A DNA stretch of 64,000 bases from assembly GCA_038496445.1 (NCBI GenBank), contig JALMLS010000385.1, positions 248,001 to 312,000 of the forward strand, given 5' to 3'. The position numbers and the translations under genes are program-made. The stretch comes from Trichosphaerium sp. ATCC 40318 (taxonomy: Eukaryota > Protista > Tubulinea). Below the pieces are notes generated by a model, which saw only the letters and a list, made by a program, of their open reading frames with translations, was not told where the DNA came from and ran no database searches. Each line of letters begins with the position of its first letter. Position 1 is the first letter of the stretch. Positions 50,235 to 63,700 of this stretch are shown here, one piece after another.

Positions 50235-50499
50235 ATAGATATTTTCAATAAAAGTTACTTTACAATTAAACATTTGTGCATGTAGTAGAAAATAGACGTT
50301 TGTGCAAAGCGACAACCTTACACAACAACTGTTATGATACTTTTGGAAAGGTTGTATGGGCTTGGATTATACCGACAAAGAAATGACAATCAAACGTTTC
50401 AATGAAGTGTTTTTTTTTAAATTATTTGTTTTGTGCACAAGAAACGACATACGTCGCTCCTATTTTAAAGTTTGGTGTCTTTTTTTTGTTTGTGTTGTT

Positions 50500-51230
50500 T
50501 GATGAGTAACTCCTTTAATAAGATGTTAATAGAAGTGCTCAGGATTCGACTTGGATGCATCACCAGTTGTATCAGTATACATATCCTACAAAAAAAAATT
50601 ACTAATTACAATCATGTTGAATGCACGTGATACAGTTCTATTCGCTCAAATCCTACTTATTTATACGCCCACAGAAATACGGTACGTTTATGTCGCTTAT
50701 AAAAACAGTATTTTGAGGGGCGGAGGGCAAAAAAAAGGAAGGATTTGCATGAATAGAAGTGAAGTTTAAGCAGCTTTGTTTTCGAATGTAGTATCGTACC
50801 ATGTCATCAGTATCAACATCATCGCTATCTACTATATCTACAGATGATTCCTCTATAGTCTTCTGAGTAGAAGGAGGAGCAGGAGGTACATAAGATAGTG
50901 AATCAGGTGGTTCAGCTCTAAGCGGCTGAAGTGGATCATCTTGAGGTTTGCCATACTTTTCCATTTCAGTGTAACGAACACTATCAAGTACAAGTCAGAA
51001 GAAATCAAAATCAAATAGCACAATTTAAGGTAGAAAATATTGAGTAAAAACACCTTGCGACTAAAGCGCATATTTGCACAATAGGCACAAGAAACACTCA
51101 TAACTTGTTTCCCTGTTCAGTAAAATAATAAACCGATCATATAGTTACATGCTACCAAGTATAATTTACGAAAATGGTAGCGTGTAACTGCACAGATATA
51201 CAATATTAAACTCAATGAACTTATAGTCCA
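50500..51230 (-). CDS. Small multi-exon gene of unknown function with an acidic/Pro-rich tail
   Basis: Exon fragments with GT..AG borders: KQVMSVSCAYCANMRFSRK; EMEKYGKPQDDPLQP...DVDTDDM; DMYTDTTGDASKSNPEHFY*. Start not identified. Confidence 0.35.
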
Positions 51231-51289
51231 AAACAGAAGTCACAAAATGAGATAAAATAAAAAACTTCAAACATTAAAAACGCACTAAA

Positions 51290-53609
51290 GATCGTCATCG
51301 TTCTCGACACGGTGATATGCCTACATAAAATATTATTGCTTTAATTACAAGCTATACTTACGCTATTATAGAATTTTCCTTTAGAATTCTTGGCACATGC
51401 ACAATACAAGAAAATACTCAATAAAATGAGAATTACTATTGCTATGCTAATAATCATAACAAGTCCTAATGTACTGAACATAGGCGGTTTACTAGGCTTT
51501 ACTAATGATAAAGGTGTTAGTATACGTATTTACCATTACTAAGTATGTCATTCAAGTTAAATCACGTGTTGTGTAACTGAAAAAAACCAGAAAAATTGAG
51601 CGAGGTTTTGACATGCATGTTTTAACTTGAACGACACTCAATAACCAACTTAAACATTCTTTACCTTCATGGTTCTTATTTTCTACACTGACAGCTTGTA
51701 CACCCTTCTTTAGAAGGTCCTCTAATAGTAAAGAAATAAGAAAAAAATAAGAAAATCCTTGTAAGTCCCAAAATGTGCTTACCTTTTCTTGACTCATAGT
51801 TTGATACAGCAGCAGTTGCTGCATTATCTGCTGTTCTACCTGCTGGTAGTAAATTATCTACAAATCCTATGACTATTACAGCTTCAACAGCACGCTTGCT
51901 TGTAGAACAATGCGTTAAGATAAAAGCTGCTGCTGCATCTTTAGGATCAATCAACGATAGTACAAGTGCCTCAGCACCAATAAAGCACTCGCTCATCGAT
52001 ACAGACACAAGAAACCTCTGATTTATCTGGAAGAAAACTAGGGTTAATTCGAAGTGTTTCAATATTAACTCACCAAACCAGAAGCTATTGGTTGCTTTGT
52101 TGCAGTTGGAGGCACGGATGTTGGTGTTTCAGTTGTTGGAGATATGGTAGTTGGAGGTTTCGTTGGAACCTCTGTTGTTGGAGCATCAGTTGTAGGAGCC
52201 TCAGTGGTTGGCGCTTCACTTGTAGGAGCATCAGTTGTTGGTGCATCTGTGGTCGGCGCGTCCGTTGTTGGAGCATCTGTTGTAGGCGTATCGGTGGTAG
52301 GAGATTTAGTTGGAACCTCTGTTGTTGGAGCATCAGTTGTAGGAGCTCCAGTAGTTGGTGGTTTAGTTGAAGGAGCATCTGTGGTTGGAGAATCAGTCTA
52401 CAGTACGATTAGATAATAAATGATAACATTATGATGTACCACAGTAGCTGGAGCAACAGTAGTATTTGCAGGCGTTGGAGCAACAGGAGCAATAGTAGTA
52501 TTTGCAGGCGTTGGCTCAGCAGTTACATTTGTGGGTGTTGGCGCATCAGTAACGTTTGGGTTAGTTGGAATCTTAGATTCAACTATTTACGATTAGAAAT
52601 GTTGGAAAAGGTGTGAACATTGATAGACGTACTACAAGGATATGTAAAGCCGTTGACAGTAACATTAGATTCAGGAAATGTTGGTACAGTATTGTTTCCA
52701 TCAAGTATTGATACACCCGAACAGTTTGTAAGGAAGGACAACTGTTCATTAGCTTGCTCTGACAAAAAAGAGTAAGGTTCATTTCATAGAACAAACAATG
52801 CAATTGGTACCATTAAGAAGAGAAATGAGGTCCGGACACACATCTGCGAAGTGGTCACATGCGCTTTTGCACATTGGTTCACCAACCAAAACTAGGTAAA
52901 AAAGTGAGAACATGCACCAATATTTATCTAATTACCTTGTGGATTGTCAAGACATTTCGGACTGAGGGTTGAGCAAACCAACTCGGTGAACACTTCAAGA
53001 CAACCTGGTGATTGTGATGCAACCTGGGTCGCCACAGGGAGTAGGTCCGTTAATGACGTTGAATAGACATCATCCTAAACTACTCGTGAGTATTGATATT
53101 CAAACGTAGTGGATATAATGACATACAAGAGTATTGTTACCCAAAGTAAAGACACCATTTGAGAAATTACCAACAAAAGAAGAACAAAAGTCCTTTGCTA
53201 CTTGAGGAGCGTCCTCGAAACTGCGACATTCACCAAAGGCTTCCTTGGGATTACTCATGGGAGTTGGTTCGCTAGTGACATTTGCTGGAGCTGGAGCAAC
53301 AGTGGTGTTCGCTTGCGCTGGAGCGGATGGAGCGATAGTAGTGTTTGCTTGTACTGGAGCAGAAGGTGCGATAGTAGTATTTGCTTGTACTGGAGCGGAT
53401 GGAGCAATAGTAGTGTTTGCTTGTACTGGAGCAGAAGGAGCAATAGTAGTATTTGCTTGTACTGGAGCAGATGGAGCAATAGTAGTGTTCGCTTGTACTG
53501 GAGCAGATGGAGCAATAGTAGTGTTTGACACTGTTGGTGTATCAGTATCGTTAGATTCAACGTCACGCTTGTACCCATAGTCACCATTAAAACCTAAGTT
53601 AACAATCAT
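51290..53609 (-). CDS. Mucin-like type I membrane glycoprotein (Cys-rich domain, Thr/Pro repeats, TM helix); 5' end uncertain
   Basis: 12-aa repeats (IAPSAPVQANTT), Cys-rich exons, APTT(D/E) repeats, a SEA-like segment, TM LGLVMIISIAIVILILLSIFLYC and a short tail. Confidence 0.65.
52100..52395 (-). repeat. 15-bp coding tandem repeat (APTTD/E pentapeptide)
   Basis: Repeated GTTGTTGGAGCATCA-like units on the + strand. Confidence 0.85.
53290..53526 (-). repeat. 36-bp coding tandem repeat (about 6.5 x IAPSAPVQANTT, each with an N-glycosylation sequon)
   Basis: Repeated GCTTGTACTGGAGCAGATGGAGCAATAGTAGTGTTT-like units. Confidence 0.9.
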
Positions 53610-54727
53610 TTAAAAACCGGTTTTGTGCCTTTATGAACTTTTTCACGCACCACTAAATACCTGAATAGGTAACGGTTTCGAGTAGGAATTCGATATTCGT
53701 ACCGTGATACTATTCAAAGTACTAGGTCTAGAGTAGACAAGGTGTAACATCCTGAACAAATATTAGAGTTTTCACGTGATGTATTCGACGGTACCATGAT
53801 GTAAGAGGTTGTACAGTAGGTGCAGGGTGTGTGAGAGGTTCAACACATAAAGTTGAACTTGCGCAATCGCTTCCAAGCACAATATTGTCAGCAGCTGTAT
53901 CTGTGCGCTGTTGCTGGCGTGTGGTACTAATTTGTAGGTTCAGTTCCTCCACTGCGCTCTCTAATGAGGAAATATCAACCTCCTTTTTATTTTGGTTAGA
54001 CACAAATAGTATGCTTTTAAAGTTCTAGCGACATGCAAAATCGCACCCATAAAATAGATTCACTGGCGGGAAGAGTTATAAACGCAGTTTCGAGAAAGTT
54101 TGTGTTGCGCGTGAGAGATGATGCCGTAGTTGACGCCAAGATTACAATGGCGATTATCTGATGCGGTTTAGTAAACAAGCGATGTTATTGGTAAAAAGGA
54201 CAAAAGAATTGAAATACGAACCGCCAATTGTAATAGACCTGACATGGCGACCTGTATGTCGCGGTATTGTACTAGTGAACAGACTTGACACTCAGTGGCT
54301 TAAAGGCGAATATGCTCACTGTCACTGACACACTCTCTAGGAATGAACGCACTAGTGCGAAGTCGAACAACCTAACCTGTGGTTTGGGATTTTCAATGAA
54401 AGTGATCTTAATCTCTTGTTTTTGCAATCTCTCAATCAGTGCAAGTTGTAAACGTGATACAAACCAAGGATTACGCTCTAGTACTTTGACCCAAACAATG
54501 AAGCCACGATCAGTGAGACTTTTCAAGATTAAGGCAACCACATGAAGCTTACTGAGTCAGTTTCCTAAAATAAACTACACGAGGGATCGTACTAGTCGTG
54601 TTATTGTTTTGACAGTTTTTGTTCCCCAAAAACAAATACTCAACGCCAAAAGTTGCCGATTAATGTCGTTTGCCTTTACAAGGGTTATATCTCTGTAGAA
54701 GCACGGCAGCGAACCTCCAAAAACTGT

Positions 54728-57700
54728 ATGGAAAAGCAAAAAGGGAGTTTTGAGCCAGAGTCATCTGGAGGTACGTGCTACATATTTAACAGTATATAAG
54801 CGCATGTCAAAACATTTGTGTTAACGCCACACGCACATTGTAGAGACACGAATAGCACCTCTCTCGACGCTATGTGCACTCATTTCTGGCGAATTAGAAC
54901 AAAATACAGACGCGATTCTACAATTGTGGGCAACGCGGTTGTATCTATCTCGTTTTGTATCCGGCGTACGCTATTTTACACTAAAATTCGTCATGCGTGC
55001 TTATAAAAAGCAGGATTCAGACAGCAAAAGACGCAAGCAAAAATCTGCTTTTGATTTTATTACCCACTTCCTGAGTACTGTACCATCAAAGAAACTAAGC
55101 CGTAAGGAGAATCGCGCTTTGAGAAGGGTACGGATTTTCTAGCCATTCATCTTCCTAAATAGTAATACCCTTGTTCCCTTAGCTATTGGATACAATGAAC
55201 AGGGATAGATTATCATTTTCGACTAGAAATGTACAATTTCCCTTGTTGTACCCAGGCGAAGAAATATCTAATGAACGTCAAGGCACGTGATACGAAACAA
55301 TAAAGCAAAAAAAAAAATCAGAACATGTGAAGATATGTTTTTCTCCTGTCTTGCTTACTTATCTATAGACATTGAATTTAAGCTTAAAGATAATTGGATA
55401 CGTGGTAGAGTATCGAGTACAAACTTCAGGTTTATATTTGTGGCATCGCAGGGCGTTTATTCTTTGACAGAACCAAACACCTCAAAGTTTGTGTTTATCG
55501 TACGAATTTTTTTTTCAACTGACATCTTTGACTTTTGTGTCTTATGAATTTTTGTATAGCGCTCTTTCTTTTATCAAGATATACACAGAGTTACTATGCC
55601 TTCAACAACTGAACTGTTTATTATAACTAAATCATTTACAACTATTTATATTCGCACATCAAAGCCAGTTATAAGACTTCTTGAAGGTATTGAAATCAAA
55701 TTTGCCAAGTACTTACACTATATTAGTCGACTTAAGAACACGTCTTGAAGATCAGGGCCAAGGGCATGTTACTCGCCTAATGCAGTTAAAATTGTACGAA
55801 ACTACATTATTTTTGTTCAAAATATTGATAAGTTTTGTTTTAGATGTAAAAGACTTTCTCCACCGATAAGTTCGCCTTATGTTCCAGCTAAGGAGTTTAA
55901 GAGAATGCATATAAAATTTGAAGTTGGTCAATGGCGTATTATAAATAGAGCGTACAACTTGTCAAGATTCATTGGTGATGTATGTCACTTCTTCTATGCT
56001 TGTTCCTCTTGCTTATTATTTTGTAGAATTGTATGGTTTTGCCTTTTGTCACACCAGATACGATGATACTAGAAACGGGTAAACACCGAAAGTATGTGAT
56101 ACTTCTTACCTTTTATTCTTTAACCACTTCCATCTTTAATCTTCTACTAGACCTCAAGGTATAGTACCATACCTCACATGGGCGTCGGTACAATTTTTTT
56201 TTATTTCCATGGAACCACAATCAATATTTACACTTTGTTAAAACTAGCCATCTGGTGGCTGCTTATTCCGAGATGCATCTCCGAGAGCAATTCGTATAGG
56301 CGAGCGTGTTTCTCTAAATAACAAAACAATGTATAAACTACTATCTAATTGCAACGCCAGTAACCTTGCAAAACCACCAGCAATGTAAGCATAGCCAAAT
56401 CACTATTGCCTTAGTTGACCTTGCTGTAGGAGAGGTCAACATTTTATATTCTCAGTTGATGACGGTGATACACAGCTAATTAACCAAGCGTACAACAGAT
56501 ACAATCCGTTCATGGAGACAACAAACACTTTAGCACCAGACTGGACGCCTAAAGTTCTACAGAATACGTGGTCAATCACTGATACTACATATCAATATAA
56601 CCGTTTGTTAAATGTATCAAAGAGCTCGCACAGTAGAAATGCGCTTCGGAAAGGCATAATGAGATTAAGTGGTAATGACTTCTAAAAAATCAGTAACAAG
56701 TTTTGATTTTTTTAACTTTTCATAGATACTCGTATTAGGACTCTCTTAAACATATCGATTGAGATAGCAACTTGCCTTAGTTCTCGCGCAAATGCAATAG
56801 TTCAAGCTCCAGATGGAGAAGTAACAGCACAGTTAGTACGTAGCATTAGCTGTCAAAAAAAACCTCTCGGAATATTTGTTTGTACTTTTTTTAATTACAT
56901 ATTGTTTAGGTTTGCTTGGCACAGATTCTTATTGATCCTTATTTCCGTACATACCGTGGTATCCTTGTTTTGATAGATAAAGAATGGAATAGTCTATGCC
57001 TTTCTGCAAGAGCTCTTCCACGTAATTATGAAGTAGCTTTCTTGCAGTTTGTTGAAAGCATATGGTACTGCAATATACCTCTTTTCTCTATCTAATACTC
57101 ATGGAATATTATAAGGCAAATACAACGTCATTTTCCAGATGCTTTTGAGTATAATGAACAGTTCCTTATTGAATTAATGCGTGCTGTAAATTCTGGATTA
57201 TTCAACGAACTTATTTTTATTCCACATGTACACCCACTATTTTTATTTGCCTTTTTTTCTCCATCACGTGTTAGCAACGAATTAATGTCTTTAGAGACAA
57301 CGAAAGAATATGAAGCTACATACGCACTCTATGTCTGTAGTGAACTACTTTTTTATGTCTTCTGTACTCCTTAGATGTACAAACCCACTCTATGCTGGAA
57401 TGGATGCGTATCCTGATATCATAAAAGATATTAAACCATTACAACGTGTGGCTTTATGGGAGAGATACTATTTAGGACCTGACCCAAATACACCGTACGC
57501 AATTTTATCTACTATATCTCCACAATGTGGGTAGTTGGCTGCTTGAGTATTACTAAGTGAGTGTAGGTTGCTATCACCTAGTCGTTTGAAGCATTATAAG
57601 ACCAGTAAAGGAGCTGGTTCACCTTATCTAAGAGGAAGAGTGATGCCATTCAGCTCATCACATTTTGTAAATTTATCTTACTTGTCACTGCAAGATATAA

Positions 57701-60700
57701 CAAATGAACAGTTGGTTTGTGTCAATGAGACTCAGCCATTCGAATACACAAAGTATGATTATTTTTTGACATCTTCAAAAACCCTTTACTTAGTACTAAC
57801 AATTTCGTTGTTTTAGGGAGTTGTATGCTCACAATAATCTATTGAGTGCTACAAAGGCAAAGAAAGACCGCGTAAGAAAACGATGGCCAGCTCTGTTTTC
57901 AAAACTAACTTCGCTGCATGTTCTTGTGTTGGCAGATAATTTGATGGACTTGTTTCCAGTTCAACTATGCAATTTTGCAAATTTGCACTTTCTTGACTTG
58001 TCATGGAACCGTTTGACAGATATGTGTCAAGCTTTGGTTAATTTAACTTCTTTGAAGACGCTATTGCTTCGAGGAAACAAACTTCCGCGCATCACGTTCC
58101 AACGTAAGTTTTTTTTAATTGTACGATTCCCTCATTGTTGGATTAACATCGTTTAGTTGGGCTTATGACACAATTAACACGATTGGATCTTGCTGAAAAT
58201 AAGTTGGTTGAGCTCATCACATCTATTGGAGAGCTATCTCGCTTAGAAGTACGCCGTTTTTACCCAAAACATTTTATGCAAATAACTAACCTTCTTTAGA
58301 TTTTAGACTTGTCCAATAATGACTTGAAACAATTGCCACCAACAATGGGGCGATTAACAAGTTTAACAACATTGTACCTTGGCGGTAAGTATTTGATCTC
58401 GGTAACAGTTTCTTATATTAGATGAATAGGTAATCCTTGGGAACGATCTTTAAGGCCACTGTTGGATAAGCATAGATATGTGAATGATTCAAGGTACGAA
58501 CCAAAACAGATTGTACAGAACTCTGCTAATGATAGCAATAGATCATTGAGAGAATTGTTGGATTACCTTCTTATGCACATGGAAGGCATGGAGACGTACA
58601 AGAAGCACAAGATTATGGTTATCGGAGCACGTGAGTAAACCAGTCGGAGGTAAACAACTGTTGGCTGACATCTTTTTTCATAGCTCGTGTTGGTAAGAGT
58701 AGTCTTCTTTCTGCACTTGCCATGCGAAAGAAACATGGTAGAGCAATGACGCCACATGCTACCGTTGGCGTCAGTGTGGGCACTTTAACTATTTCGTACG
58801 ACGCTGCATACTTTTGTTTTATACTGATAACGCTTGGAAATAGACGCCAAGGAAAGAATGAAATGAAACGTGGTAAAGACAAGCATGATTTGCAATTTAA
58901 CACTTGGGATTTTGGAGGTACTTTTTTTTATCCCCAGAATACTTTTCTTGACAAAAATTCCCTCGCCTTTCTATTATCCATTCTCGCCACTTTGTATCTA
59001 ATAAGCCGCAAAAGGCCAAGAAATTACCCATAATATCCACGAGCTTTTCTTAACAAGCCGTACGATATATTTAGTAGTATGGGACCTTACAAACAGTCAA
59101 TCGACGGAGCAACTAAATTCCTGGCTACATGCCATCGAAAGCAAAGCGCCAAAATCTCCAATACTGGTACGAGAAAAAAGCAGAAACCGCCGCGATTTTT
59201 TGAAAAACTTTTCTCTCTTACTCGCATTAGTTGGTAGCTACACATGTCGATGCGTTCAAAGCTAGACCAATATTTGCAGAAGATCATGTAGAAGCAGTAA
59301 AAGCACGATTTCGCGGTCGATTCCCTAGGATTCGTCGTGTTATCGTTGTTAGTTCAGTAACTGGTGCGTTTTAGACTTTTTTAAGCTCAAAGCCACAAAT
59401 TTTGGCTTTTTTCCCATAGAGCTGAGTCAGGGCGTGCGAGAATCGACTCGTATAACGCCTGTTATGTCAATGGGACAACAAAACGCTGGAATACAGGTCG
59501 CCAAAGTTTTTTTGGATGAACCATCTTTCCACGCGTCTACGAGTGAAAAAACCGCTGTGTGACCTTCGTGCAAACCCACAGTGCACTCGTAGACGAAACA
59601 TTTTTGTCAAAAAATCAAAGTACCTGACACTTACCGATTGTAGGCACTGGCATTGATGAACTTCGTTCTGCCATTGTAGCGGTAGCATCAAGACAGACTC
59701 TCATATTCCAGAAGAGCTTTGGTGTCCTTGAAAAAGTATGTCGTCTCAAAATTTTGAAAACATGAAGAATTTACGCTAACGCACTTTTATTAGGCGCTCA
59801 CAACTGAGATGAAGCGATTTAAGCGGCCTACAGCTATTCTTTGGGATGAGTACAAATCTGTCGCGGCATCTTGTAAAATAGTCAAACAGTAAGGATTTTT
59901 TGAGTGTTAACAAGTATTTACATCAATTTAGCGAAGAACTGATACAGGGAGCCGAATTTTTACACACTGTTGGTTCCATTGTATATTTTGGTGATAAGAA
60001 GTCTGTTCTAGGCGACTTGATCATTCTAGGTACGTTTTAAACGAAATGACAGACTTTTGTTTTTTGAAGTAACTTAACAATAATTGACACTCACTTAGAT
60101 CCAAATTGGTTGACATCTGCATTCGATGCTCTGTTAAAAGCAGCCCAGAAAAGTGGTGGTATATTTAACATCAAGTCTCTTCGTGCTTGCTGGAAGAGCA
60201 CGAGTTACCCAACAGAAGTTCACGCTCCACTAGCTGAGCTAATGAGAAAGTTTGAGTATGCTTATAACCTGAGTTACAAAGAGTTTGGGCGTCACTTTAA
60301 ACCCTCCGATCCTGCTCTTCTTGCTAGTAAAACACTATCTCCAAGAGCCATGAATGATTTAGCACAGTTTATGGTTCCTAGCTTGCTAGAAGAAAAAAAC
60401 GAAAAGAAGTTTACAAAGTTTTGGAATCCAAACTTTGATGATTTTATTCGTTGTCAGTTTAGCTTAGTTTATAGGCTTGGTAACCTACCACATGTACGTA
60501 GTATAATTACAAGAAAGGCTTATATTAACAACGTTTATTAGGGTTTGTTTGGTCGTGCAATGCTACGCATCTTTGAGATTGCAGAAACTGTTCTGAGTTA
60601 TTGGCGAGATATCGTTATCTTCGAGTTTAAAGCTTGTCGTGTGCTAATGCAGGTCTTTGCACAATACGAAGAGATTCGTATATCTGTTCGTGGGCATCGC

Positions 60701-63700
60701 CCAAAGGAGGTAATACCATTATTTCTGAGATTTGTGTTCGAAACTATTTCTCGCGTAGTTGGGTATTCTGACGTTTTTCCCAGGTTGGCCAAGAGCTAAT
60801 GCAACTCATGCAAAACTTGCTGAACATGTGGTACCGTATACCATACAAGATCTTCCTCCCTTGCTCTCGTTGTCTACAAGATCGACACCCAGAACCTTGT
60901 CTATTCTCGTTAGCGAATATTGAAGCTCTATCAGCGAAGGGAGACTTCCTAGCTAAGTGCTACAATAAATCTCGGAATGGATTTGTTCGTATTGATCTTA
61001 TGCTTCCTTTCAACATGCCAGACCTTACGAAGTTCATACCTGCAGCTGATATCACTCAAGTACGCTTTTTTTTCTTCTTTTTTTTTTTTGAATGAAAAAA
61101 CGAGGAGGCTCAGGCGCTTGCTGTTGACTGCGTACGAGCGTACGCTAAGTCCTATATGAGTAACTGCTTGCAGCCAACCTCGAACAGCAAAAAGTCGAGG
61201 TAGGTGGAGGTTATGTTGATTTAAAGCGACTATCCTTCAATCCACTTTGAAACATTTAAAGTTTTTTGGAAACTACAAAATTTCCTTCATGAAACTTACT
61301 CTCTATTGAAGGTTAGAGTGCTTCAGGATACAAAGTACACGTCTGTGTGGGCTGGTATGTGGTTAGATCAAGAAGTAGCTGTAAAAAGCTTAAAAGAGGC
61401 TTCTGATTCTGAATCTGTTTGTGGGAATACGAGACCTTCTACTGATTATGAAGATGCTTTAAGGCAACTACGTAATGAAGTGTACTTAATAGCGTACGTA
61501 TTTTTTACTTCTTGCAATTACAACGTTAGTAAGAGAGCTGATTTCTTTACCTTCTAGTCAATTACAACATCCCTGTATTGTTGCGTTGCTTGGGTGTTTG
61601 GCAGACCCGTTTGGTATAGTACTACAGTACGTCAAACGTGGCGAGCTGAGGCAGTACCTTAACAAGCATCCATCCATTTCATGGCCTCTAAGGCTCAGAA
61701 TTGCTGGAGATATTGCTCGTGCTATGGACTTTTTACATTCTTGTGTTCCTCAATTAGTTCATCGTGATCTCAAGAGTCCAAACGTATTGGTGCGTACTAT
61801 CTTTCGATTTTTTGGTTTTTGAGGTTTTTTTTTAACACTTTCTGTAGCTTATGTCGCTTGATGTGACTCAGAGTGTCGTAGCTCAGGTTGCAGACTTTGG
61901 AGAGTCAGCTAGGTTGAGCTTAGGCTCTTTCCGTAGTGATCCAAGGTCGACAGCTAATGTTCAAAACCCAAAATGGCTGGTACGTTTTTTTGTTGAACTT
62001 TTTTGTTTGGAAGAATTTTTTTCACCCTCTTTTTTGTCCTATGATTATCTTTTCGAGGCATTTGTCCCAGACCTGCTCAAAAAGTTGTGTTTTACAACGA
62101 ATAACGGGCTAAATTATGCAGATTTCGTCAATCTGAGGCAATCAACAAAACAAAACAACAACTGTTTAGATTTTTTTGTTTTACAGAATCTAATGTTTTA
62201 TTCAAGGCACCTGAGGTAATGCAAGGAGAAACATACTCTGATAAAGTTGATGTTTTCAGTTATGCAGTAATATTGTGGGAGCTTATAACTAGTACTATGC
62301 CATGGTCTAATATTAGTTACTTGCACAAAGTCGAACAAAAAATTTGTCAAGGTACGGTTTTAACTTCAAAACGGACTTGTCAGTTGAGTTTTTTTGTAAT
62401 CGTTTTGTGTCTAATATATTTTCTTAGGTGAGCGTCTAGCTATACCAGATGATACACCACAGCTGTACAGAGATTTAATGACACTTTGTTGGCATCATGA
62501 ACCAGATAAACGACCTGCATTTAGTGGTATGATTTTTTTCTTTTTTTTTTTTTTCCTTCTTTTTTTGATACTGACTGTTTATAGCTATCCTCGATCTATT
62601 ACTTGCAATTGTGGCTGTAGAAGCACCAAAGCTAAACATGTTCTTCGATACTCAAAACCCAGAACGCTTCAAATCCGCTCGAAAAAGCGACAACGTCGCT
62701 GTTTTGGAGCACATCAAAACAGTTAATATGGACGAACTCAAGATCGCTTTGCCTCCTGGTATACCAGAGGAAGACCAAGGGCGTGGTATTCGTGCTATGG
62801 CTGTACAACGCAACACAGTTTGGCTTGGCACTGATCAAGGAACACTTATTGTTCTCGATTCTACTGTACGTTCTCAAGTTTTTTGTGCCTTTTTCTTGTT
62901 CTGCAATGAACTTTTTTTCTACCGCTTCCCCTTTTGTCCTATGATTATCTTTTCGAGGCATTTGTCCCAGACCTGCTCAAAAAGTTGTGTTTTACAACGA
63001 ATAACGGGCTAAATTATGCAGATTTCGTCAATCTGAGGCAATCAAAATAACAAAAAAAAGCGATTTTTTTATTGATTATATTTTTGTTGTTTACTGACTT
63101 GTTCTTGATAAGAATGGAGAGATGCTATGTTCTCATGGTACTGCTGCTTCTAGTAGAATAACAACAGTATTGGTTGTCGGTCTTAAAGTGTGGACAGGAT
63201 CATCTGATGGCTATATACGCACATGGACTCTAGAAGTTGTACGTTGTTTGAAAGTTTTGTTAATTTTTTTTATGGACGATTTCTCATGTTACCACTTAGG
63301 ACCTCGGTGTTAACCATCTAGGATCTTCAAAACTTACAAAACAGGGGTTCTTAAATGTATCTAAGAAAGTACAGATGCGTAAAAAGCATTGGTATAGGCG
63401 GTGGGTTGTTTTAAACAACCGCAATCTATATGTTTATCGTACTCAAAAGGTAAGCATCTTTTTTTTTTTTTGAAAGTTTTTGTTTTCCTCTTTGGTTCTT
63501 ACTTTGTTATTGTAGGATCAATACCCTCTTCTTGCCTTCAGTCTTAATAACGTTAAAGTATTACATGAGGTGAAGACTCCTGATAATGAGTATGGTTTTG
63601 GCATACTAGACCAGAAGAGAGCTTCTATCCTTTTTTCAACAGAGGTTCGTGTTAACATTCTTTTTCAATAATTTCCTTGTGTTATGGGTTACCACACTGA

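Noticed and set aside
52085-53587. Several overlapping ORFs rich in V/G/A, C/W/S or L/Q
   Set aside because: Alternative frames and antisense readings of the mucin tandem repeats.
59015-59045. Apparent frameshift in the Roc domain
   Set aside because: With the AAAG acceptor at 59014 the frame reads GGQEITHNIHELFL without interruption.
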